Shown here in pieces: positions 1 to 12,358 of a DNA stretch of 64,000 bases. Location of the stretch: positions 5,337,244-5,401,243 of the forward strand of contig CM082597.2 in assembly GCA_040954595.2 (NCBI GenBank), read 5' to 3'. The stretch is from Balanoglossus misakiensis. Taxonomy: Eukaryota; Animalia; Hemichordata. A program made the translations under genes and the position numbers. The stretch's first letter is position 1, and each line of letters opens with the position of its first letter. The notes beneath the pieces are model-generated. The model was given only the letters and a program-made list of their open reading frames with translations. It was not told the DNA's origin and ran no database searches.

Positions 1-225
1 CAAGAAAACAGTGTCATGTACATTTAACCCAATTACATAATAACTACAATTGTTTGGTAAAGGGTAAGACACTGCAGAAATTGACTACAAAATTAATTAG
101 TTTGTTGCATAACTTATACTCATGTAATTGTACGTATGTGTTCCAAACTATGAGTACTACTACAATGTATGTATGTATGTATCTATGGTACAGTTTTATT
201 TGCCATTGCAGAACATAACACTTAC

Positions 226-2663
226 TGCATCTTGTATGTCTGTTTCATTGACTCCATTAGTTCCTATGGCATCTTGATCTTTGGGATCACTGAAATCCAA
301 CGTCTTAGCATCCTTTGAAGAACCACCGTGTTCCCAGACACGGGCTTGTTTCCCTTTCTTCTTTGGTTCCTTAGATTTGGTTTCTAAACCATTTTTACTA
401 AAATGAGAAAGATATGTATACAAGTATACCTAAATAAGGTGGATGATATAATTATTTTCCATGGTTAGTACGTTAAAAATTCGTTAAATTCAGGACTGCT
501 TAATTTAAAAAAAAACTAATAGAAACATACCTGACTTTTTTCTCTTTGCCTTTCATCTTATTAAACAGTCTTTCTCTGTTCTTCAAGATCTCATCTTCAT
601 TCAGCAAAGCATCGTTGCTCTTGTTGCCGTTGACAACTGGTGCCGATACTGTGCTTGCAGTTTTAATTTCAGTTTTCGCAGCTGTGTATTGAAAATAAGT
701 TTATATCAGAAGAGCTTTATATCATTTTTAACAAGCTCTACAACTCTTCAAAACTTATTCACAACTTACCATTTTTCTTATTTTTATTTTCTTTTTCTTT
801 TCCCTTGTCGTCCTTCTGATCACTGATGATCATGGAGGAAACTTTCTTCTTTGACTTTTCTGACTCTTTAAAAGTTCTCATCTGGAACAAAACAAATAAA
901 AGTCCATTCTTTAACCCTTTTCACTACAATGGTTTGGTCCAAACCGATTGTTTTCTTTGAAGTCGGACCTCTATACTGTGAAATGGGGATGATTAGGGTA
1001 ACAAACCTGCTTTGGTTTTTTAGCATCTACTTTACTAGACTCTTCAGCTGCTCTCAACATCTTCTGGAAAATTTCCGTGAAATCATTATAGGATCGGCTG
1101 ACATTCCGGTCTTTCAAGGCATCCTTGTATTTATCCCGGAATTCTTGGTGGACATCATCAATAAACTTGTCCACATATGACAATGTCAGAATCTTTTGAT
1201 ATGCAACCTACAGGTAAAAGAATAATTTCAAAGTTAAAGGGTCAGTCTGACAGTACATGTAAGTTAAGTTCTTGATAATTTTTTTAAAACCATTTTTATC
1301 CAATACATTTTCTTGTCCTACTCTACAGACAAAAGAATGTTTTCATATTTAAACGGACAATAACTTTAGCTTTTGATAAATATGGTTGGTAATGGGCATC
1401 ATTTTATTCAGTACAGTTTTTTGTTGTACTCCCTACAACATGAAATTCCCAGTTTTCACTTTTTGTCACCAAAGCCAATATGTATGTAAACATATTACCA
1501 GTAATTTTAATGTTATTATTAACAACCAAATTTCAGTCTGGACAAAAATTCATACGTCAACAATTACAGTTCAGTTTAAACATAATATGTTGATAAGCTG
1601 AATACTTTGCCTTTAAACATGCTTTATTTGAAAAATTCAATTATTTAAACCAAATCAGTTTATTCATAAATCCCCTTTCACACAGTTAATACTTGATTAA
1701 TTTAGACTGACTCCATCATTTTGTCCAACGGTTTGCTAGCATTAATAACTAAACTGGACTATAATGAACAATCCCCAACCCTTTCCCCATCATTGTTCGG
1801 TCCAACGTCCAATTGTTTTCCATGGTAAAGCTGGATTTCTACACATATGATACAATGGGAGGCAGAGGTGAAAGGTTAAAGTTCAAAGTGATAACATATA
1901 TGCCACAGACCGAGCCTTTGGATTTCCAATCAATATACATGACAATCACCTAACTGGGAAAAATAGTTCATCTTTAATTTTACGATAAAAGTACAAAGCA
2001 TATATTCTAGTGCACACTTCTACTTACCACAAAAACCAATTCAAATTCATTATCCAATTTATATTTTAACGTCAATGCTTGATGATTGAATGAATTGCTT
2101 CCACCTCGTTCCTGAAAAAAAAAAGAATACATATCAAAACTGTAATGTTTATCCGGAAACTAGAATTTTAAGAATCAAATATCAAATTCAGAAAGTAATG
2201 ATTGTAGCCATTGTTTATTTCGGTCTATGCTTTGATCATTACGTCGCACATGTAACTAACATACACATGCACTGTAAACATGGAGAAAGACACGTACGCG
2301 ATAGTGATACTCGCGTTGTCATTTAGTGTTAGGATTGCCATCTTCAGCGATTCAACAAGGGGCCATTTCTGTGTGATCTGATTAAGTTAAAACCCTGTCT
2401 TGTTCAAAGATAACAGTCGGTGAAAAAAAAATCGGAACTACCGGAAGCAGATAAGGATGTTGCTACAGTGTATTGCCTCATCGGATTGCTAACATATGTT
2501 GCTAGTGTCGTCACGTTGAAACACTGTTAAAATTGACGAAACTCACCTGTAAGATGACAGTCTTGATCAAGGCATTGACTGATGGCCCCAAAGCGTCACA
2601 CGTACCCTGGAAGTACCACAACACAATCCCTCCCTTCCCGAAAATTGTAAATAAATCCAACAT
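226..2663 (-). CDS. SRPRA: Signal recognition particle receptor alpha subunit, 5' part (6 coding exons; gene continues off the left edge)
   Basis: Exons 2663-2547 (MLDLFTIFGKGGIVLWYFQG...), 2111-2028 (ERGGSNSFNHQALTLKYKLDNEFELVFV), 1207-1007 (VAYQKILTLSYVDKFIDDVHQEFRDKY...), 881-770, 681-531, 397-226 (...KKKGKQARVW...TLDFS). All introns are GT-AG with consistent phases. The N-terminus matches the SRX/longin domain of animal SR-alpha as I recall it. Confidence 0.96.
911..1001. mobile_element. ~90-bp TTAACCC...GGGTTAA MITE (piggyBac-like termini); related copies at ~1777-1880, 5195-5277 and 10349-10440
   Basis: All copies have TTAACCCTTT..GGG(T)TAA-type ends. Three share internal sequence (gtccaaac..ttgttttc..ggacctct). 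Confidence 0.55.
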
Positions 2664-3384
2664 TTTAGGATTTCCTGTACCCCCTCTGTGTCGAGTAACA
2701 CTTTAACTAAATGCGCACGCGCGGTGACCTGAACGCGTCATACGCAATCATGTGTGGGTACATTATTAACGATGAAGAAATAATCCAAATTTTAGGATTG
2801 TGTTGGGTTTTCACTTACAATTTTAATGTTTAAATGTTTTCTATGATCCTTTACAAAAGTTAAAAAATATAACCTTTGAACTGTCAGGTACAGGGCCGAT
2901 TTGTTTATCACGAAATTATACACGTTCACGTGATACTAGGGCTTTTCCAATCATGTGATTGGTTGAAACCACCTGATAAATGTAGAACGGGGTCACCATC
3001 ACGTGATTTTCACTAAACGTACACCGTTTCACACATAGAAGCCATAAGCTATGTATGCTATCGCCTGATAGCCAGGAATAAAAAATATAGTTCGCAATCT
3101 TCACACATTTTCTTCAGAATTCCCGAATAGTGAACAAATATTTTATCATATTAAGATTACTGGTATTTTATTGAGTAAAAATTCTCTCAGACATCCTGAA
3201 ATATGAAAAAGCACGACTTGGCGGATGTATAATGCCCGCGTCCCAGGCTATGTGAATCGTTCGTTGAAATTTTGCTGGGGTTTTTGTCACATGTTCATTT
3301 CTCCTCTCACATGACCATCTTGTTTGGCCCCGTGATCAAACTTGTCTTCGCTTCCTGAAACTTTTGAAGAACTTCTCTGACCAC
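2664..3384. promoter_or_regulatory. Bidirectional promoter and 5' UTR region between SRPRA and USF
   Basis: About 720 bp separate the two ATGs. CACGTG at 2927-2932 and 3000-3005; CCAAT-CATGTG-ATTGG at 2947-2962; CACATG at 3288-3293 and 3308-3313; NRF1-like TGCGCACGCGC at ~2712-2722. Confidence 0.7.
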
Positions 3385-6300
3385 ATGGATATGTTAGATC
3401 AAGCACTCGACCCGAGGTAGGTGTGCTTTATTTTCGCCAGAACGTTTGCTTTTGATGGGAAAATCGCCCAGAATGAATGTATACTCTGCCGTCGCAAGGG
3501 TTCTCGTTGGCGTCTCTTCATATTTTGGGTCAGTCGATTTCCGCGAGGATTCCCTCCCGTCTAAAAGGTTAATTTAGTTCGCTTATCATGCTAATCTTGA
3601 CAGAAAGGTCGAATTATGACGGCCGTTACATCAGGCAGTGACCTCTCTTAACGTTATTCGAGTTAATCGGTCATATTTTGAGCAATGTCATGACTGACAT
3701 TGTTCATGCGAGCTCTTGCATCTGATGTTTTGAGTCGGTTCAAAGTGAAGACAAATATCGCGCAAAAATCACCAAAACCCATGTTATGACATCATTAAAA
3801 ATTGAGAAAATATTATTGCCGATCAACAGTTAGTTAACATTTGATTTTCATTAAGTACAGCTTGCATCTGCTGTTTTCGTTGCAAAGAATGGTCTGTTTC
3901 GACAATATAAAGTCTATGCGTCTTGAAGTAGTGCATGTTTGGGGGCGGGACGCTTTTCCAGATATTTGGATATTCATCCCAGCTTTCATAAACAGGGCAC
4001 TGCATTCAAGCACACACGACCCATCATGTTTGTTGCAGACTAAAAAATAATTAAAAAGCAATGATTTGATATGATCACTTTCTATTGTTAATTGGAAAAC
4101 CAAACAATAATGCACCTTTTTACTTACATTAGTTACAATGTTAATAACACATAGATTTTGACAATCAACCGGAAAGGATAAAGTTAAACAGGAAACTCAC
4201 TTAATATTTTCAAAACATTAATGACTTTTCGATTTATACTTCCCTAAATATTAACAAAATCATGAGTATGTGTTATTTTTATTCACTCTTTATGTAGATT
4301 AGAATATTTATAGTTAAAATGGCATTTCAGTGACAGAATACATCTTTTGAATGTTGAATGTCATGTAAGAAATTAATAAGTGACTTCCAGGAATTGTAGC
4401 TTTTTTTTATTAAGTTGTTGATTCAGTAACTTGTGTGATGGGTCTTTCATTGGAAAATTTTCCAAAAGGGTCGATTTAATAATTTACCCACAGTGCATCT
4501 GTCAGTGACACACTGCAGAACATGTTCTAACATAGATTACTTGTTTCAAAGTGATCTATGATTTTACATTGCTGAATAAATTAAAAACTTGAACTAGATT
4601 AATAATTGGGTGTTACACTCAAATATGGCCGCCGTCATGCAAAATTGCAAATGCAGAAATTAAATGTACATGTATATGGTGCAAATACTAATAAAAATCT
4701 CAAGAAATACAACATCATCAATTTGTTATATTCTTTTTTTCTTCTTTTATAGTCAAGATAAAGGTGGACAAGAAAGTGAAGAACAAGTACAAATCCAGAC
4801 AGACGGTGGTGAGTGTCTATAACCTTAAGACTTCTAAGATATAAATAAAAATAACAACTTGAAACGAAACTACAGAAGATACACACAATAAAAGTTCTGA
4901 AAACAGAGCGAAAAGTTACAGTCTGAGGTTCAATGATTGTTGACAATTTTATGACATCCCTTCTTTCATATAGTTGTTACTTGTACAGTAATAAAATGCC
5001 AGTCTGTGTATCTAGCAACGTTTAGAACTCCTTTTGATTGACAGGTGACCAAGTTGTTAATGCCACATCAGACGAACAGACAGCCGCCGCCATTGCCAGT
5101 GTCACAGGTCAAGTCCCGGCCAACTTAGCTGATCCGAACAATCTACAGGTAAGACGCGGCAAGTTGAAATTTATTCTTACGATTCCTGTTTCTTTTAACC
5201 CTTTCACCCCTCTGGAGTTCCAACCTAAACATAAACAACAATCGACTTGGAATGAACCATTAGGGTAAAAGGGTTAAAGGGATACTCAACAAGGGGCTGT
5301 TTTTTCTGTGTTCTGGTTCTGTATATTTACACATACTTGTTCAATAACCCATAGCGTGGTATAATGCCCAATATTCTGGTTATTGAACGCAACAATGTGT
5401 AATGACTATTGACAGATTAATTCCATCCTGTTCCCTTTTCCAACGTCATCTCGTAGCCCCTTTCTTGTCAATAGCTTCTTATCCAGCAATTTTTTTTTTT
5501 CAACTCAAGGGGCGCTCTGCAAGGGTTCAGTAAGTATGGACTCAGGGGGGCGCTGTGTAGAAGCTCAGTAATTCATGGATTTGAGACCATATCGGTCAAC
5601 ATATTGGAACATATTAAAGTGCACTAGGTATTTCAAATAAATAGTGTACCCATAAAAAGTTAACCACTGTTTACTGAATGCAAGTAGTGGTATTGGTCTG
5701 AGATGATTACCAATACCGATTATTTATACCAGTACTACTACTATGTAGGTACGTGTTGTTGAATGGTTCATGTCTATGCAGGCCATGATTGGTGTTGAGA
5801 AATATAACTGACCATTGTGTGTTCATCTTCTCCCCAAAGTATCAATTCCGAACAGACAGTAATGGACAGAGTCAGGTGACATATCGCGTTGTCCAAGTAG
5901 CCGAGGGCGAGGGCGCCAGCAACAGTGGAGCCGTTAATGTAGTCACGACAACATCATTCCCACAGGGTCAACAAACTGTCACTCAGGTAAATAGTCGGTT
6001 TTTGTCACTAACCACCATGATATCATTAGTTTTTTATATTAATACCTTTCTCCCGGTAGAAATGTGATCATTTCTGTTGTCTATGTGCAAATTATCTCCT
6101 GGCAATGATCATCATTTTCTGTGTTCTATATGCACATTTTAACTTGGCAATGATGTCACCATATTCTGTGTTCTATGTGCATATTTTTGCCTGGCAGTGA
6201 TGTCATCATTTTCTGTGCGTTCTTTTCACATCTTTCTGTTGTCTATGTGCATATATTCCCCTGGCAATGATGTCATCAATTTTTGTGTTCCATGTGCGCG

Positions 6301-9300
6301 TTTCCCCCTGGCAATGATGTTATCATTTTCTGTGTTCTATGTGCACATTTTCCTCCTGACAATGATGTCATTATTTTCTGTGTTCTATATTTACATTTTC
6401 ACCTGGCAATGATGTCATCATTTTCTGTGTTCCCTATTCACGTTTTCACCTGGCAATGATGTCACCATTTTCTGTGTGTTCTATTTCCATATTCGCACAG
6501 CAGGCGGTCATACAGAGCCCATTCAGTAATGGCAGCAGTCCCACTCCTGAAAGCCAGTCAGGTGAGACCCGATTTACATACTTTCCAGCACAGACGCAAG
6601 TTTCTGACGCAACCACTGCACAGACAGAGGGCTCCCTTGCACAAGGCGCTTCTGCAGGAGGTAAATCAGCTTTTAGTTGCATTTAGTTGCTTTCGTGGCC
6701 TTCAAGCCAGGCTCAAATGGTTTATTCCAGATCAACACTGGCAGAATGCAATTTTGGACTTAACAACCTCTTGGTTATGGATAGGTTTTCATACTATTTT
6801 AGCCTGGCTTGTTGTGCTTGTAGTTTTGCATGTAATACCTTGAAGCAGATGCTGTGATGATTTGTGTATAGGGAAAAACAAATTCTTTGCTGCATGTTGC
6901 ATGCACAATGTATTATATGTATCTGTACTTATTTTATGTTGCAGTTCTAGCATGTATATACTGTAAAACAGGTTATTTTCGCGAAATACGTGAGCCAAAA
7001 ATACATGAACATTAAAATTCACGTAAATGTTTTTATTTTGCATATATTTATGCAATGAAATACAAGAACGCGAAAATTAAAGCTCTTATGATATCGTGAA
7101 AATTTCCTGCCGCGAAAATATGCGTTTTACAGTACTTTGTCAACTCGCCTTGCCTTTTTTGTGGCATTCGAAAGGCTCGAAGCATAGGATTATGGAATTG
7201 TTTTAGGATAAAATTTATCATATAACACATTCAGTCTTTCAGCCAGAAAGGCATGAGCAGGGGAGAGGGGGGGGGGGATTCCCCCTTGACGTCATATTTA
7301 GGGATTCCACTCTTGAATACAGTCGAACCTTACTATAGTGGCCAGTCAAGGGACTTTCCTAAACTGGCCTTTATAGACGGGTGGCCTGAATTGCACAGAG
7401 ACTGTAACAAAGTGACCACTATATAGAGGTGGCCACTAAGACAGGTTTGACTGTATGTGATGGCGATTGCTGTTTGTGGCTTGCAAAATATTCATATAGA
7501 TTTGTCTGTACCTATCTGTCTTGTAGTAATCAGTTTTAGCTAGATTATCCGTTATGGTTATGTTGCCTACTAGAAATTGCATGTCAAAACTCCATGCAGA
7601 CTTGTGTAGAAGTTCTCTGTCTAACGGCAGTGGTGTATGTATGATCTTTGAAGCAGATTTGAGCAAGGCAGTTCGACTTGCCCCAAGTATATAGGCTGCA
7701 ATTGTGTTAGAATAAAATAAAGTACATGTTAACAACAAGGTGTAAGCAGCATTTGATTGAGCATGATCAGATTAGTTTCAGTGATCATGTTGGCCCATAG
7801 ACTTGTGAATCTCTGGTTTGTAAGAATTATCATAACAACATCACACTACATGAGTTTATCTGTGGTTTCTTAGAATTATTCATGACAACATCACAATACA
7901 TGGTAGTGTTCATGTATCCGAAGTACGACTATGCTTTAGTCGTTTATATTTCCTATAAAATTTCAGTTCCTTGTCAATCAATCTTGACTGTCAACAAACA
8001 GCCAGACCAATTGCAATGTGTGAGGACGTTTTTGGGTAACTCTAGTCGCTTGGAAAGAAGTAACTAAAGTACAGCCAAAGAAAACATTTGAGACATAAAA
8101 TACATGGAATACACAGAATGACAAAACTTACGCTGTGCATAGGTAAACTAGTCTTCAAGGCAGGCTAACCTTTATATTTTTTTTTTACTTCAGAGTGAGA
8201 CTAGGTCCAGTAGATTTGTAAAATGCGTCTGTCTCTTTCAGTGGGTCAGTTTTATGTGATGATGTCACCCCAAGATGTACTTGCCAGTGGTGCGCAGAGG
8301 TCCATAGCACCAAGAACACAACAATTTAGTCCGTAAGTACAAGCATTTTTTTTCGTTTTAAACACTTAAAATTACTGTAAAATCTGTCTAAACCGAACCT
8401 TGTCTATTCTCGAAAACTGTCTATACTGAACACCTTTTCATGTCCCTTTGACTTAGAACCTTGTGTTAAAAGAACCTCTATAAAGGCTAAAACTAGACAC
8501 TTGGTACAAACGGACAATGTCTTCAGTCCTTTTGGTGTTCGGTTTGGACAGGTTTTACACTTTACAGTACATGTATATCATCAATGTCGTAATGTCAATG
8601 GTAGCAGAGGTTTGTTGAGTTTCCTGAATCGTTTACAAAACTTCCAACCCTTGGCAAAAACACTGTATGTAATACTGTACAACACTTATTTTCGCGAGTT
8701 AAAATTTTCGCAATATCGAGAGAGGCCACTGTTTCGCGAGTATTAATTTTCGCATTCTCTTATTTCATTCACTGCATCGTTATCTTCAAAAAAAATTACG
8801 CGACTTTTTATTTTCACGCTATTTTGGTTCTCGCGTATTTCGCGCAAATGTATTACTCGCGAAAATGACATGTTTTACAGTAACTAATGTAATGTACTTT
8901 TTTACTGTTACTGTACATATTTCAACCAATATAATAAATTGAAAATTAAACAAAAAAATATGTTTGTTTTTTCATTGTAGAGGTAAAATCGACGGACCAA
9001 GGACAGCAAGGGACGAACGGAGACGAGCAACACATAATGAAGTTGAAAGGCGAAGAAGGGACAAAATTAACAACTGGATTGTCAAACTTTCTAAAATTGT
9101 ACCAGAATGTGCGCAGGATCATTCCAAACAGGGACAGGTGAGTTTGCTATCGAGTTTTATTTATTTTTTTCAATGAATTTCCTCCAAGTTGATCAGTGTC
9201 CTTTATTCTCTCTCAGTCAGAAAAGTGTCTCACTTGGAAATTTTTGAAAATTGATTTAGCAACTACCGGTAATGCTAATTTAATTTAAATTTCCTGCAAT

Positions 9301-9904
9301 ATAAGTCAATCTCGAATTTTCAATTAGGCTGTTGACTAACTACATTGTATCATTTCATTAAAATAACTATTTGAAATTTCATCATAGTTCATACAGTTAA
9401 CATAGAAAGCGGTGGCCATTTTAAATTTATATAGTTTTGATGTCACATTTAAAATTAATATTGCACAAAAACTGCCAGTTTATATTTTAATGACTTCCTA
9501 TCTATCGACCTACAGTTAGTATAGTTGGAAAGCTATGCTTTCTAATACCAGAATCTCTCAGTGAAAATTAATGCTTTTACAGTATGTCATTGCAACTGTG
9601 TGTTTTATTCAACTTAATATGTTTGACGTTATCACTGATACGATGGAACCACTCACATAGCTATTAGGCCTCTGTATCTTCACAGAGTAAAGGTGGGATA
9701 CTGGCCAAGACGTGTGATTACATCCATGAATTACGCACGGCCAACGCCAGGATGGCTGAGAGTCTGAAGGAGACCGAGAGACTGTCGGTGGACGCCGAGT
9801 TGCTACGGCAACAGGTGGAAGAATACAAACAAGAAAATGCTCTCTTGCGAGCCCAGCTCCAACAGCATGGAATTGAAGCCGTCGTATCGACAACCAATAG
9901 CTGA
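3385..9904 (+). CDS. USF: Upstream stimulatory factor (USF1/2-like bHLH-leucine zipper transcription factor), 8 coding exons
   Basis: Exons 3385-3416 (MDMLDQALDP), 4753-4808, 5045-5148, 5840-5986 (YQFRTD...VTYRVVQV), 6501/6504-6660 (AVIQSPFSNG...RFTYFP), 8242-8332 (USF-specific region GQFYVMMSPQDVL...RSIAPRT), 8981-9137 (RDERRRATHNEVERRRRDKINNWIVKLSKIVPEC), 9686-9904 (SKGGILAKTCDYIHELR...zipper...TGA). Phases are consistent throughout. Confidence 0.96.
6050..6500 (+). repeat. Minisatellite of ~45-bp units (ctggcaatgatgtcatcattttctgtgttctatgtgcacattttc), about 9 degenerate copies, in USF intron 4
   Basis: 'ggcaatgatgtcatcattttctgtgtt' recurs with a ~44-46 bp period right up to the exon 5 acceptor. 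Confidence 0.85.
6959..7134. mobile_element. TA-flanked MITE (TACTGTAAAAC...GTTTTACAGTA) with internal CGCGAAAA motifs
   Basis: Terminal inverted repeats and TA flanks; a related copy lies at 8673-8882. Confidence 0.7.
7318..7455. mobile_element. pogo/Tigger-type MITE (TA-CAGTCGAACCT...AGGTTTGACTG-TA)
   Basis: CAGT...ACTG termini with TA target duplication; internal GGCCAC/GTGGCC motifs. Confidence 0.7.
8373..8569. mobile_element. MITE with TIRs (gtaaaatctgtctaaaccgaac / gttcggtttggacaggttttac)
   Basis: ~22-bp imperfect inverted termini in USF intron 6. Confidence 0.6.
8673..8882. mobile_element. Second copy of the TACTGT...ACAGTA / CGCGAAAA MITE family
   Basis: tactgtacaacacttattttcgcg ... 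cgcgaaaatgacatgttttacagta; similar to 6959-7134. Confidence 0.65.
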
Positions 9905-10766
9905 GTAGCCACCATGGACAAATATTAGAGACTGTTTCTAATTCGCTGCTCTTGTATCCAAGATGGTTCCTGATTGGTGGGGGGGGCTGTTCCACGAACA
10001 CCCAATCCTGGTCGTAGTTTCTTTGTAAATAGTATCTGTTTGTGGACTGCAAAACGGGACCAAACTAGTCTGCCTTGCGACTGAGAATGTCAACCTTCAT
10101 TGGTTTTGTTTATTTTAATTCGTGTAAGCATGTTCAAATTTTCTTACTCTGTGCACTTTGAGATGTCTTGATTTTTCAAAAGAATCTTCTGGTTATATGT
10201 ATATCATTAGATACCCGACCTGTCTTTACTAGTCAGAGTCATACAGCATTGGCTATGTGACTCTGATATTACGATAATTTGTGGATGAATTAAATGGACA
10301 CATTCCTTGTTTAAATTCTTCATTACATACATGTATACCCCTTAATTGTTAACCCTTTCACCACAGTGGTTCAGTCCAAACCCGTTGTTTTCTATGGTAA
10401 GGTTGGACCTCTGAAGAGGGAACTGGGGGTGAAAGGGATAGATGTTTTGTTCATGTCTATTGTGAATTATATTCTGCTTACTGGAATAAGTTGGTCATCG
10501 GATTTGTAATCTTATTTGTAATCAGTTATAACATGAAAATAATTGATATTTAAGATTAAATTGGTATTTTCCAATTTGGAACCAGTCTAGTAGTAATTTG
10601 CATGAACTTTGTAGTCTCCTGCATCAGGGGCCGTACGGTGAAATTTCTTCTTTTTTATGGTGAAATTTCTTATGGAGTGGAGACACCTTGTCTTCAAAAG
10701 TTCAAACGATGCAAGATACTACCCAGCTAATCCAGGTGTACCCCCTAACCCCAGTTTTACTTCTTG

Positions 10767-11113
10767 TTAAAGGGGCAAAGTATCTCTCGCAGCCCTTTTT
10801 CCATAAATTCTGTTTGATACAAGGCACTATTTATGTTGATCTACATGTGGATAAATAGTGAATCAATGTTCGACTTCACACAATTTCCATCCCACTTGTT
10901 AGACACGAGAGTGAAAAACCCGCCAAAATGAATAATCAGTGTTTACCATTTATTCATTTTGGCGAGATTTTTACTCTCATATCCTACAAACGGGATGGAA
11001 GTTGTGTGTGGTCAATCGTTGATTCACTATATATCCACATGTAAAATAACGGTGTCTTGTATCAAACATAATTAATGAAAAAAAAGGTAGAGAGAGAGAC
11101 TTTGTCCCTTTAA
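10767..11113. mobile_element. Near-fully palindromic (foldback) TTAA-flanked MITE with Kolobok-like termini (TTAA-AGGGGCAAAGT...ACTTTGTCCCT-TTAA)
   Basis: The two ~165-bp arms are imperfect reverse complements (e.g. cgccaaaatgaataa / ttattcattttggcg; acatgtggata..atagtgaatcaa / ttgattcactat..tatccacatgt). Confidence 0.8.
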
Positions 11114-12023
11114 AAGTCAACACTGAGACACAATCAGACCCATAATTTTAGGAGTGTACCATAAATTTCCCCTTAATACTACACCAATAAGTGAGAAAAG
11201 GAGCTATGATGACCAAATGCATGCTTCAATAAGCATAGTAAATACCTGTAACTGAAACCATGAGAAATATTCAATCAGATCTACATGTTGCATTGTCCTG
11301 TAAACTCTCCTGAACTGTATATTTCTTGAGCTTATTTTTGCTTTGACTTCTTACATTGAGTTCATATTTTAACAATCTGGTTAAAATCAAATGCAGAGTT
11401 GGTTTTATCTTTACAATACCTTTGCTGTTTTCAGTTCTGTTCTCAGTTGCCTGCCTCGTTGAACAGAACATCATATGGTCGACATAAAAAAACCATCAAA
11501 TATAAAAATTGGGCTTACTCCACATCTGAATTTAATCAGATTATTTTTTTAACATCATGAAACTAAAGTATTTTGGTTGAGATACTTGCAATCATAAATT
11601 TCGAGTGTGTTTTTTTATTTCAAAAGAAGATTCCAGTAAATACCTGCTGATTATTGTATTACAGGTCTGTTTGTGGTAATGTGATGTGTACAAGTTGCTA
11701 TATTTTGATAAACATTTGAGCTTCTAACTTAATTGAGACAGACCACAGGAGTTGACTGCATTACTGATGCACCACAGAAAATTATATTGACCATTTCTGA
11801 GCTCGCTTACAGCAGAGATTATTGATGTGTGTGAGTAAGAAGTTTACATTTGTTGACCCCTGACCTCCCGGTGACCTTTGACATCATGGAGCAGGGTTCC
11901 ATGGACCATGTTGTAGTTTGGTTTGATCCAACGGTGTAATTAATATTGAATGGTTGAAGCCATGTACAGGCAAGGAGGGGGTTATGTGGATCTCGCATTT
12001 TTTGACCTAACGTTCATCCAATT

Positions 12024-12358
12024 CTCCCTACCTTAAATAGGTTTTAGGCTACCTAAGTGAGTGATGAAAATCTCATATGGTCGACACAATTTCAAGATGG
12101 CCGATTTTTGCCATGTTTAAGAAATGGGAGTACATGTAATTCTGACACTTTTTAACAGAAAAAATAACAAATGTGAAAAAGTTTAATGAGTTTAATATGG
12201 TAACTACAGAGACAGACATGTTTGACCAAAGGAATTCATGAAATACAGTAAACATCATTTCTTCTATCTCTTACTACAGTGGGTTGTCGACTTTTCGCCC
12301 AGAATGCAATGTGATTTGACCCCCTAGCGCAAAGGGAAAACCTATTTAAGGCAGCCAG
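12024..12358 (+). mobile_element. ~340-bp non-autonomous DNA transposon with TIR core CCTTAAATAGGTTTT, copy 1
   Basis: Inverted termini; a closely similar copy in opposite orientation lies at 32385-32741. Confidence 0.8.

Noticed and set aside
9609-10052. Antisense ORFs over the last USF exon
   Set aside because: Shadow of the plus-strand coding exon; no recognisable product.
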